This document shows, in pieces, positions 10,406 to 18,809 of a DNA stretch of 64,000 nucleotides; within the stretch, counting starts at the first letter, position 1; every line of letters begins with the position of its first letter. Made by a program: the position numbers and the translations under genes. Source of the stretch: an uncultured Oligoflexia bacterium (lineage in GTDB: Bacteria; Bdellovibrionota; UBA1018; CAYHWW01); assembly GCA_964475985.1 (NCBI GenBank), contig CAYYYP010000011.1:846-64845 (forward strand), written 5' to 3'. The notes under the pieces were generated by a model. That model did not search any database and had not been told where the DNA came from. It saw nothing but the letters and a program-made list of their open reading frames with translations.

Positions 10406-10899
10406 CCGGATTTCTCCTTTTCGTCTCTATCATCGTCTTCATGATGGTGCTGACAAAGAGCATGGCCTTTAAGCCATTCGGTTTCGCCGTCGGAGTAAAA
10501 TTCTTTTTTCCAGATGGGAGCTCTCTTCTTAATCTCTTCAATGATGTAGCGAGAGGCTTGGTAAGACTCATCTCGATGCTTAGAGCTCACGCCAATAGCC
10601 ACACTGACTTCGCCCACACTGAGTTTTCCTACCCGGTGAAGAACACAAACCCTAATAGTATCCCCCCAGCGAGATAAAGCCTCCGTTGCAATCTCATTTA
10701 AAACTTTTTCAGCCAGCGGAGTAGCAGCGTCATAGCCCACAGCAACGACTTCACGCCCTAGGTTTTCAGATCTTACTGATCCAAAAAAGAAATTCTGCGC
10801 TCCATGACCAAAATCACTTGCAAACTCAAACACCTCGCTTGGATCTATTTTCTCATTTACAATTTCACAAAGAATTCGATCCATCGCATCACCCTCCAC
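10402..10899 (-). CDS. moaE: Molybdopterin synthase catalytic subunit
   Basis: HRVGKL.VGEVSV.IGVSSKHR, IKKRAPIWKKE. Confidence 0.92.
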   Translation of the reverse strand: MEGDAMDRILCEIVNEKIDPSEVFEFASDFGHGAQNFFFGSVRSENLGREVVAVGYDAATPLAEKVLNEIATEALSRWGDTIRVCVLHRVGKLSVGEVSVAIGVSSKHRDESYQASRYIIEEIKKRAPIWKKEFYSDGETEWLKGHALCQHHHEDDDRDEKEKSG

Positions 10900-11158
10900 A
10901 CACAGGGGGTAGTATAAAAAGCGAGCAGGATCTTTCGATCACATGATTGAGATCTAAAATCTGCGATTCGCTTGCAACCGCCGAATCTTTGATGAGTTCA
11001 GAGTCAGAAAAGTGCGGAAAAAATTCTTTAAAACGACTATCCAATTTTTCTTTTAAACTAGATATCGGAATAGGCTCTCGGGAATTTACAATGATTGGCG
11101 TTCCTTGCTTTTCATATTTTCTAAAGCTACCAAAAAGCCTAATCTCAATTTCGATCAT
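10889..11158 (-). CDS. moaD: Molybdopterin synthase sulfur carrier
   Basis: Ubiquitin-like size with C-terminal LPPVCGG. Confidence 0.88.
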   Translation of the reverse strand: MIEIEIRLFGSFRKYEKQGTPIIVNSREPIPISSLKEKLDSRFKEFFPHFSDSELIKDSAVASESQILDLNHVIERSCSLFILPPVCGG

Positions 11159-12444
11159 AAAAGCACCTCGCGCTCAAATCCGTTATAAAGTGAAACAATC
11201 TCGACCCCCTCATTTACTTTGGCTTGCGACCCCTCTTCAGGAAAAATGACCCAACAATTAGCGTCGAGAAGAGAACTCACCATGTAAGAGGCTTGTCCTT
11301 TGAGTGCTTCCACGGTGATTCCGTTTTTTTCAAATGTCGCTGTTCCTTTAAAAAAGCACCGTAGTCCTTCTGGCTTTGGGCAGTCGCGAGCAAGAGTTGC
11401 AAGGATCGATCGTTCCCTTTCAAGTCCAAGGCTTGCTCTGATAAATGGCTCTATAAAAAACCTTAAACCAACAGCTGTTGAGACTGGGTTTCCGGGTACT
11501 CCAAAAAAAGCACACTTTGTTTCGGTGGATGTATCAAGTTCAGCAAACAAGACAGGCTTTCCTGGGCGAATTGAAACTTTATGAAAATAGGTCTTAGCGC
11601 CCATTTCATCTAGAACCTCAGGGACAAAATCATATTTTCCCATCGAAACAGCCCCTGTGCTGATAATGAGATCGGCTCCCTCTGAAAGAACACTTTCAAG
11701 ATACTCTTTGTAGAGTTTAGGCTCATCGCGCACAATACCTATGTAATTTGCCTCAATGCCAATCCTTGAGAGAGCCGCTTTCAAAAACGGACCTGTGGAG
11801 TTACGAATCATTCCCGGTTGAAGGACCTGCTCGGCGGGCGAGACAAGCTCGCTTCCAGTAGAGAGAATCACCACCCTAGGCATCCTCTTCACAGGAAGAG
11901 TTGTAATCCCAAGGCTTGTGCACGCGAGAATATGCTCTGGCGTGATTCTCACATTTTTAGGGAGCACCAATTGCCCTTTAGAAAAGTCTGTTCCCAAAGG
12001 TCTTACGTTTTCCGCAGCTTTTACGGGCTTCGAGATTAAAATGGTTTCTGCCTGACTATTAGAAGCCCGATTCACTACAACGTCCTCGATGCGAACCACT
12101 GCATCGTAAGAATCAGTTGGCAGAGGTGCTCCTGTCATGATTTCAACAGCGGTGCCCGATTTGTTCCGATTAGCGTCTTCAAAGGCTCGAAGGTCGCCCG
12201 CAGCAACAAGTCCATGGACTGGAATGCGAATTGGTTCACTTTGAGTTGCGCCATGGGTATCTGAGGCTCGTACTGCAAATCCATCCATAGCGGAATTGGT
12301 AAATGATGGAACATCTTCTGGACTTAAGATCGGGTGTGCTAGAATTTTTCCGATCGCTTGAGAAATTGAAAGAGTTTCAATGCGAGGTTCACGTGATCTT
12401 CCTACTTCTTCTAAAATCTGAAGCGCTTGCTTGTATGAGATCAT
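11155..12444 (-). CDS. moeA: Molybdopterin molybdotransferase
   Basis: SAMDGFAV, IMTGAPLP, STGSEL, GAVSMG.YD, IRPGKP, GVPGNPVS. Confidence 0.95.
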   Translation of the reverse strand: MISYKQALQILEEVGRSREPRIETLSISQAIGKILAHPILSPEDVPSFTNSAMDGFAVRASDTHGATQSEPIRIPVHGLVAAGDLRAFEDANRNKSGTAVEIMTGAPLPTDSYDAVVRIEDVVVNRASNSQAETILISKPVKAAENVRPLGTDFSKGQLVLPKNVRITPEHILACTSLGITTLPVKRMPRVVILSTGSELVSPAEQVLQPGMIRNSTGPFLKAALSRIGIEANYIGIVRDEPKLYKEYLESVLSEGADLIISTGAVSMGKYDFVPEVLDEMGAKTYFHKVSIRPGKPVLFAELDTSTETKCAFFGVPGNPVSTAVGLRFFIEPFIRASLGLERERSILATLARDCPKPEGLRCFFKGTATFEKNGITVEALKGQASYMVSSLLDANCWVIFPEEGSQAKVNEGVEIVSLYNGFEREVLL

Positions 12445-13586
12445 GATTCTACCTCCGAAATGGCAAGGACTTTGGGATGCATGGCTCTGAGTGCAAGCTC
12501 AAGAAGAACACCAAAGCCCAGCACCCAAAGAAGGTTGCTTGTGAGCGCTGTAATAAGGATTGCCCCGGCGATTTTAACTACGCCAAAATCAGAGCGAAGC
12601 GTGGGGGCTGCAAGCTTTAGATGAAAAAGCCCTGTGGTCATGAGCAGAATTGAGACAAGAATTGTGGGATAGATTAAGACATGAGCGCCTTTTGCAAATT
12701 GGATGGCAGCTAAGAAAAGTAGGACAAATCCCATCATGGCTGTAGACCATGGACTTTTTGATCCGCCTCGAACATGGGCCGTGACACCACCTGAGCCGTG
12801 GCAAAAAGGCATTCCACCCAGAGCACCAACAACCAGGTTTCCAATACCGATGGAATACAACAGCCTACGCACGGTGACCCGAGAAGCTTTCTCCCCAAAG
12901 TAGCGAGAGCAGACATCTTTGGTGGCTAGCACTGAATTTGCTGAAGTGAGAACAATTTGAGGAATAAGAAGCCCTAAGATCAAATTGAGCCTCATTCCCT
13001 CGAATCCGGTTTGTTGACGGGCTTGAAAGGTTGCTCCTGCAGGAACGAGTTGGGGTGAGAAAACTGCGATCACAAGACCTACTGTCGCAAGCAGTCCCAA
13101 TACAGGAATTCCTCGTATTTCAGGGAGCAAGAGCATGAACAGAGCTCCTCCGAAAACAGCGATGCCCAGAGTGTGAGTCGTCAGAGCCTCCCAGCCTCCG
13201 AACGCCTTAACGCCCTGTAGGATCAGAAGAACGCCTAACCCTGCTTGCAGTTCATGGATCAAGCTACTCGGTACTCTCTTTGCGATTTGATCCACATTCA
13301 AAAAGCACATCAGAAGGCAATAAACCCCAAGAAGCATTCCACTGATTCGCACTTCTGCAAAACTAGCTCCCGCCGTCACTGCTGCTATGGCAATGGATTT
13401 TAATGGCTGAACGGCCATGGGTACTTTGAATAAATAGGCTGAAACAATGTAGGTAAGTCCCGTTGTAAAAAGAATCACAGGTCCAGAAAATCCTGCCTTC
13501 ATGGAAAGTAGTGCAAGAAGAGGAAACAGGACTGCACCGTCAGAAAAGGCACCCAAGAAATTTCTAAACGCCTCCTTCCATTTCAT
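12441..13586 (-). CDS. MOT1-type molybdate/sulfate transporter; start moved to MKWKEA
   Basis: GAFSDG..FP, PMAVQPLKSI, GGMPFCHGSGG...H MOT1 motifs; ATG at 13586 overlaps the moaC stop. Confidence 0.8.
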   Translation of the reverse strand: MKWKEAFRNFLGAFSDGAVLFPLLALLSMKAGFSGPVILFTTGLTYIVSAYLFKVPMAVQPLKSIAIAAVTAGASFAEVRISGMLLGVYCLLMCFLNVDQIAKRVPSSLIHELQAGLGVLLILQGVKAFGGWEALTTHTLGIAVFGGALFMLLLPEIRGIPVLGLLATVGLVIAVFSPQLVPAGATFQARQQTGFEGMRLNLILGLLIPQIVLTSANSVLATKDVCSRYFGEKASRVTVRRLLYSIGIGNLVVGALGGMPFCHGSGGVTAHVRGGSKSPWSTAMMGFVLLFLAAIQFAKGAHVLIYPTILVSILLMTTGLFHLKLAAPTLRSDFGVVKIAGAILITALTSNLLWVLGFGVLLELALRAMHPKVLAISEVES

Positions 13587-14632
13587 GGGTGACCTCCTCC
13601 GCTGGCTACATGAAGACAATGAGAAATGAGATCTCCAGCGTCCTCTAAGGATTCTTTGACAGCATTGGGACTTCCTGGAAGGCAAAGAATAAGGACACCT
13701 TGAATGAGATAAGCGCATGAGCGGCTAAGCCACGATTTTTTAGTGTAGCTGGCACCTGATTTTCTTAAGAGCTCTCCAAAGCCTAGGATTTCCTTTCCAC
13801 CAAGATCCTGGCTTAAACTCAACACAGTTTCAGGTGTGATGTCTCGTGTGGAAATTCCCGTGCCACCGCTTGTAATAATGACACGCACTTTTTTGCTTTC
13901 CACCAAACGCCTAAGCTCTTTCTTAAGCATTTCTGAGTCGTCCGGAAGAATGAAAGTGCTCTCGATCTTTGCGCCTTCGGAGGAGAGCCACTTTGAAGCT
14001 AAAGGCCCTGAAAGATCTTCTGCTTCTTTTCTAAAGCATCGATCGCTCAGTGTAATGACAGAAGCGCTTACACCTTGCAGAGACTTCTCTTTAGTTTTAT
14101 CTAGAGATGCGAAAATTGATTCTTGCGGTGAGCTTTCTGGATGACGCCAGACACCTGATTTTCCGCCTTCTTTTAGCTCAAGGCGAACGCTTCCAATTCT
14201 AAGTACCGGGTCGATTCCTTTAGTGAGATCATAAAGGCAGAGCAGCGCTGCATTCACGCCCGAGAGCGCTTCCATCTCCACACCCGTTTTGCCAATTGTT
14301 TTTGCTTCGCAAAATACTTGGATATGATCTTGATGAAGCTTCATCCAAACTCTCACTGAGGTCAGCGATAACGGGTGGCAAAGAGGAAGAAGCGTTGAGG
14401 TGAGCTTTGCACCTTGAATTCCAGTGGCCTCTGCTAAAAGAAGGACATCGCCCTTAGGAAGAGACTTTTCTCTGATTCTCTGAATGGTATCCTTTTTGGC
14501 GAAGAATATACCTGAGGCAACTGCACGCCTCTGAGTATCTTTTTTCTCCCCAATATCGATCATCCGAAAGGATGCTGCTTCGCTAGCCACCGATGGCTGC
14601 AAGGTTCCATGTGTTTCCATAATTTCCTTCAT
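13583..14632 (-). CDS. moaC: MoaC-MoaB/Mog fusion
   Basis: MIDIGEK..T.R.A.A, LPLCHP, TGVEMEAL, EKxGG-like LKEGGKSG; C-terminal ITLSDR, SGGTGI..RD.TPE, LPGSP. Confidence 0.9.
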   Translation of the reverse strand: MKEIMETHGTLQPSVASEAASFRMIDIGEKKDTQRRAVASGIFFAKKDTIQRIREKSLPKGDVLLLAEATGIQGAKLTSTLLPLCHPLSLTSVRVWMKLHQDHIQVFCEAKTIGKTGVEMEALSGVNAALLCLYDLTKGIDPVLRIGSVRLELKEGGKSGVWRHPESSPQESIFASLDKTKEKSLQGVSASVITLSDRCFRKEAEDLSGPLASKWLSSEGAKIESTFILPDDSEMLKKELRRLVESKKVRVIITSGGTGISTRDITPETVLSLSQDLGGKEILGFGELLRKSGASYTKKSWLSRSCAYLIQGVLILCLPGSPNAVKESLEDAGDLISHCLHVASGGGHP

Positions 14633-15566
14633 GTAGAAAATGAGAGACGGGCTTTCCTAAAATAAGCCGCTGAATCTCGTGAGTGAGTGCTTCTTGAGAG
14701 TCGTCTGAGCTTAAGTAGCGCCGTAGTGAAGCGTCTCCATCGCCAAAAAGGCAAAGTCTCAGTGCTCCTCTGGAAGACACTCGAAGCCTGTTACAAGTTT
14801 TGCAAAAGTCTTTTGAGTAAGGTGCGATAATCCCAATTGTGCCCAGGTAGTTTGGATGCTCATAAGTCACAGCAGGACCATCATCCACTTTGCGAGAAAC
14901 AGGTTTCCATCCAGCCTTTAGAAGCTCAAATTGAACAATGCCTCCTGAGAGATGTTTCTCGTCAAAAAGGGCTTGGTTTTTACCCGTGCGCATGAGCTCA
15001 ATAAACCTTACACTGATGGGCCGATCTCTAACCCATTCCATAAAGTGAGAGAGCTCATCGCCGTTACTCCCTTTCAGTAAAACAGCATTGATTTTTATGT
15101 TTTCAAACCCAAGCGTCAAAGCGTGCTCAATTCCCCGCATGACCTCACTAAAACGATCCATGCCTGTAATCCTATAAAAGCGATCAGGATCAAGGCTATC
15201 CAGGCTTACGTTGATGGAGGTCACGCCTGCATTTCTTAGGGGGAGCGCAAGCTCTCTGAGCCTATTGCCGTTAGTTGTAATCGCGATTTTTTTGATTTGA
15301 GAAATGCAGGAGATTGCAGATGCGATCTCAACTAAGTCTCGTCTCACGGTGGGTTCTCCACCCGTAAGCCTGACCTTTTGAATCCCGAGGCGAGAAAATC
15401 CTTGAACAAGCCTTGTGATTTCATCTACTGAGAGTTCAGAGTCTTGGGAGAGTGGACCTTGATAGCCATTGGGTAAACAATAGACGCAGCGAAAGTTACA
15501 GCGATCCGTTACCGAAAGGCGCAGATAGACAAATTGTCTTTCATACGTATCAACTAGTTTGTCCAA
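14583..15566 (-). CDS. moaA: GTP 3',8-cyclase; true start is probably TTG at 15566
   Basis: YLRLSVTDRCNFRCVYC, TGGEP, FCKTCNRLR, C-terminal GG; SD GGAAAGGAG lies 7 nt before the TTG. Confidence 0.95.
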   Translation of the reverse strand: MDKLVDTYERQFVYLRLSVTDRCNFRCVYCLPNGYQGPLSQDSELSVDEITRLVQGFSRLGIQKVRLTGGEPTVRRDLVEIASAISCISQIKKIAITTNGNRLRELALPLRNAGVTSINVSLDSLDPDRFYRITGMDRFSEVMRGIEHALTLGFENIKINAVLLKGSNGDELSHFMEWVRDRPISVRFIELMRTGKNQALFDEKHLSGGIVQFELLKAGWKPVSRKVDDGPAVTYEHPNYLGTIGIIAPYSKDFCKTCNRLRVSSRGALRLCLFGDGDASLRRYLSSDDSQEALTHEIQRLILGKPVSHFLHEGNYGNTWNLAAIGG

Positions 15567-15573
15567 TCCAAGT

Positions 15574-15715
15574 CTCCTTTCCAAAAACCGGGAGGCGTCA
15601 GTGTTTCCACTCATACCCTGGCACGCAGATGAGTTAAGTCACTCATCCAAACCGTGCGGCCCAAGTCTCCTTGTCACTTTAAAAAATGGGTTAGGAGCTA
15701 AGGCTCGGAGTTTTT
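15574..15715 (-). ncRNA. Moco riboswitch (MOCO RNA motif)
   Basis: Minus strand shows the conserved blocks in order: ACTCCGAGC, CCTAA, GCCAGGGT, GGAAAC, GCCTCCCG, GGAAAGGAG, directly before moaA. Confidence 0.85.
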
Positions 15716-15724
15716 CTAAAACGT

Positions 15725-16012
15725 CTATGTGGTGACCTTTTTTTCTTCCTCTTCCACAACAATGCCTGCCCTCAATTCTTGCTTGTTTTGAGGAGAAATC
15801 GAAGGATCTACCTTTTGTTGTCCTTGTCCAATTTGTAGCGGCTGCTGCTGAGACGGGCCAGATTCAAAAGGACTGCGACCGCCTTCGGTTGCCGCTTTAA
15901 AGGCACGAATCGCACTCCCCATGCTGGCCCCCAGCTCTGGCAGCCTTCTTGATCCAAAAAGAAGAGCAATGAACCCTAAAATAATTAAATGACTGGTACT
16001 TAACCCTAACAT
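15725..16012 (-). CDS. tatA: Twin-arginine translocase TatA/E subunit
   Basis: MLGLS..HLII...IALLFGSRRLPELG.SMG.AIRAFK. Confidence 0.9.
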   Translation of the reverse strand: MLGLSTSHLIILGFIALLFGSRRLPELGASMGSAIRAFKAATEGGRSPFESGPSQQQPLQIGQGQQKVDPSISPQNKQELRAGIVVEEEEKKVTT

Positions 16013-16033
16013 ACGTCTGTTACTCCTTCCACT

Positions 16034-16759
16034 TTATTTAGTGCATCCTACGGAGCCTCCACAGCTCATCTCGGCTTGATCAGCACTATCTCCACCAAGC
16101 CAACTTTCTTTTTCGACTTCCACGCCCAGCTTCTTGCATTCTTCCGCTACAAGATCCTTGCAGTACTGGAACACAGCGGAATAAAAAGAGCTTGAACTCA
16201 CTCCTGGTCGCTCGCAGATGGCTCCTATGAATCTTCCTAAATGGTCTTTTAAGAACTTTTTTCTGGCATCTAGGACGATCTCGATTCCTTCCTCATCGGA
16301 AGCTTCGATGAGAAGTGTGCTCTTCAATACTAAAAGAGCATAGAACTCGAGCTCAACGGATACGTGATCGAGCATCTCGGCCTGAACTCCATCGCCACCT
16401 GTCTCAAGTCCAAAGGCTCGGTAGAATCCCGCGATATCGACAAGCTGAGTGCCTTTGACCATGGCACGCTCACGCCCATACTCAGATTCATAAAGTGAGT
16501 TGACCTGTTTACCTCGGTCAAAAGAATCAATGTACTCGGAGCGAAGGTCGTCTAGGATCTTTGCGCTCCCTAAGACATCCGAAAGCCTTGCCTTGAGTTC
16601 GCTTAAGCGAACTCTCATCGAATCACTTAAGCCTTTTTCTAGGTCTCCGCTCTCAAGAAGCGTTGGCACGTTTTCCTGAAACCCATCACCGGGATAGGAA
16701 GCCAAGAGTGAGGCCAAAACAAATCTGGGTCCTGAAGAATCTTGTCTAACGTCAATCAT
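16034..16759 (-). CDS. TorD/DmsD/NarJ-like molybdoenzyme chaperone; start moved to MIDVRQ
   Basis: YESEYG, DIAGFYRAFG, DHVSVELEF, FLKDHLGRF; ATGA overlap with the gamma subunit. Confidence 0.85.
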   Translation of the reverse strand: MIDVRQDSSGPRFVLASLLASYPGDGFQENVPTLLESGDLEKGLSDSMRVRLSELKARLSDVLGSAKILDDLRSEYIDSFDRGKQVNSLYESEYGRERAMVKGTQLVDIAGFYRAFGLETGGDGVQAEMLDHVSVELEFYALLVLKSTLLIEASDEEGIEIVLDARKKFLKDHLGRFIGAICERPGVSSSSFYSAVFQYCKDLVAEECKKLGVEVEKESWLGGDSADQAEMSCGGSVGCTK

Positions 16760-17631
16760 TTTTGATTTCCTCCACCGCTTGTCAATTGAAGGGGAACCCA
16801 AGCCATGGTGACGCATTTTCTTGCACCCACTTCTTGTTTCGCTCCTTGCCATACGGCAAACGCGACAAAGCTATCCTTTGTCGGATCAAGTACTGAGCCA
16901 TTCTCTCGTTTCAATGGCCTTGCAATCACGACAGACCATTCACCCTTACTCCAAACGCCGTGACCAATAGCCATTCTGTTTTCAATGACTGAGCTACTTC
17001 CAAAGCCTTCAGCAAAAATCTCGTCAACTGCACTTGCTTTTGCGTAGGATTGAGGATTGCCTTCAGCTTTACCAGGCGAGTAGATTTCTCTTTTTTCTTC
17101 CGTCAGCCCCTTGACCTTTCCTGGATCTTTAAACTCCATGGGATACATATCCGGATTCATATTGGGATAGAGATCCTTCATCTCTGGTTTTCCCTTTTCT
17201 AAATCCCTTTGATACTGCGCTCGCCAATGAAAGATGTGTACAGGGTTATCTTTCGCGCCCATGAAAATCGGAGGAGGAGAGCCTTCTTTCACAGGAAACT
17301 GAATGGCGACCGCATCTGAAAATTCTCCTAATTTTCCTGCCTCTGCTTTTTGATCCGCATGCCACTTAAGCCTAAAGGCTATCCATTTTCCGTCTTGTAA
17401 GGATTGCACTTGAAGGGCCGCAGTGGTGGTGGTCTTTGGCCTTGGGATCGCCATGGGCTGAGCCATGAGCGAAACGTTTTCTGATTTCACATCCTTCCAG
17501 AGAGACTCATCGAAGGCCTCTTTAGAAAGATCATGCGTGGTCTTTTGAACCTTAATTTCACTAGCAAATAAGCTTGCCTGAGAGAAAAAGGCAAAGCCTA
17601 CGACTACTAGTGTTGCATATCGAATTTTCAT
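16756..17631 (-). CDS. Heme-b gamma subunit, ethylbenzene dehydrogenase EbdC/NxrC-like
   Basis: Signal peptide, IAFRLKW, FSDAVAIQFP, IFMG...PVHIFHWRA, AFAVWQG...E.GARK; SD AAGGAGG. Confidence 0.8.
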   Translation of the reverse strand: MKIRYATLVVVGFAFFSQASLFASEIKVQKTTHDLSKEAFDESLWKDVKSENVSLMAQPMAIPRPKTTTTAALQVQSLQDGKWIAFRLKWHADQKAEAGKLGEFSDAVAIQFPVKEGSPPPIFMGAKDNPVHIFHWRAQYQRDLEKGKPEMKDLYPNMNPDMYPMEFKDPGKVKGLTEEKREIYSPGKAEGNPQSYAKASAVDEIFAEGFGSSSVIENRMAIGHGVWSKGEWSVVIARPLKRENGSVLDPTKDSFVAFAVWQGAKQEVGARKCVTMAWVPLQLTSGGGNQK

Positions 17632-17672
17632 ACGGGGTAAACCTCCTTTCAACACGCCACGACTCGAAAGAA

Positions 17673-18809
17673 CTATGGTGTGTTGTTCCTAATTGCTCCT
17701 AAGTTTTGGTCATAAGCTGTGCGATCAATCATGGGCTCAGTAACGGGAACACTCACGATCTCATCTCCTTTTTCGTCATAGCCGTAAGCAATGCCGCTTT
17801 TTACTTTAAAGGAGTGAATGATCCGATCCGTACTTCCCATGAGAACCAATAACCCTTGCGCTACAGGGTCTTCGTGAAGCTTCTGATAGCGACCAATGGC
17901 TTCATCCACAAGTGGCCCAAACATTTGAGTGAGATACTCCCGGTTCGCATGAACGGGTGGAATGTAATAGATATTCGGCTCAAGCCCAAGCTGTGGGTAA
18001 TACGGAAGAGCAAGTCCTTTCTTATGAATAAGGTAATCAACTGGGTTATCCTCGCGTGCCTTCCACGGCGGGTTGACGAAACCCATAATGCGAATTTTGC
18101 CAATGCAGTTTTGAACACACATCGGTTGATATCCCTTTTCAACGGCTGGATAGCAGCCCACGCACTTTTCGCTTGTGCGCGTGTAGGCGTTGTACATTGA
18201 TTTCTTGTAAGGGCATGCCCTCACGCATTCGCCGTAGCCTTTGCAGCGGGATTGGTCGATTAAGACAATTCCATCTTCCTCGCGCTTATAAATTGCTTTT
18301 CTTGGGCATGAGGCAAGGCAAGCGGGATAAGTGCAATGAGCACACGTTCTTGGAAGATAGAAAAACCAATTGTCATGAGGAAGACTTAGGTGCTCACCTT
18401 TTGCGACATTTCCCGTGCAGTCATCTTCTCCGTTATTCGGGTACATCCAATCTTCATCAGTGGGATGAAAGTTAACCACTCGCTCATTAGGCTCAGTTGC
18501 TTCAAAAATCGTTTTACCACGATAAGGTTCATGCTTTGCCCATTGCTGATGACCAAGCTTCTCAAGAACTCTCACGTCCCAAGCTAGGGGGTAACTTCCA
18601 TAGGGCTTTGTCTCTACGTTGTTCCAAAACATGTACTCTTGGCCTTTGCCACTGGTCCAAGTGGTTTTGCAGGCTAAGGAGCAAGTCTGGCAGGCAATGC
18701 ATTTATTGAGATCAAATACGATGGCCCACTGTCTTTTGGGGCGATTCTCCTCGTAGGGATATTCCATTTCACGATTGAGATGCCAGTTCTTTACTTTTGC
18801 CATAATCAA
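17673..18809 (-). CDS. Fe-S beta subunit of a type II DMSO reductase family enzyme (NxrB/NarH-like)
   Basis: CIACQTCSLAC, CAHCTYPAC..SC, CKGYGECVRACPY, CVGCYP...CVQNC; WNNVETKPYG. Confidence 0.92.
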   Translation of the reverse strand: MIMAKVKNWHLNREMEYPYEENRPKRQWAIVFDLNKCIACQTCSLACKTTWTSGKGQEYMFWNNVETKPYGSYPLAWDVRVLEKLGHQQWAKHEPYRGKTIFEATEPNERVVNFHPTDEDWMYPNNGEDDCTGNVAKGEHLSLPHDNWFFYLPRTCAHCTYPACLASCPRKAIYKREEDGIVLIDQSRCKGYGECVRACPYKKSMYNAYTRTSEKCVGCYPAVEKGYQPMCVQNCIGKIRIMGFVNPPWKAREDNPVDYLIHKKGLALPYYPQLGLEPNIYYIPPVHANREYLTQMFGPLVDEAIGRYQKLHEDPVAQGLLVLMGSTDRIIHSFKVKSGIAYGYDEKGDEIVSVPVTEPMIDRTAYDQNLGAIRNNTP

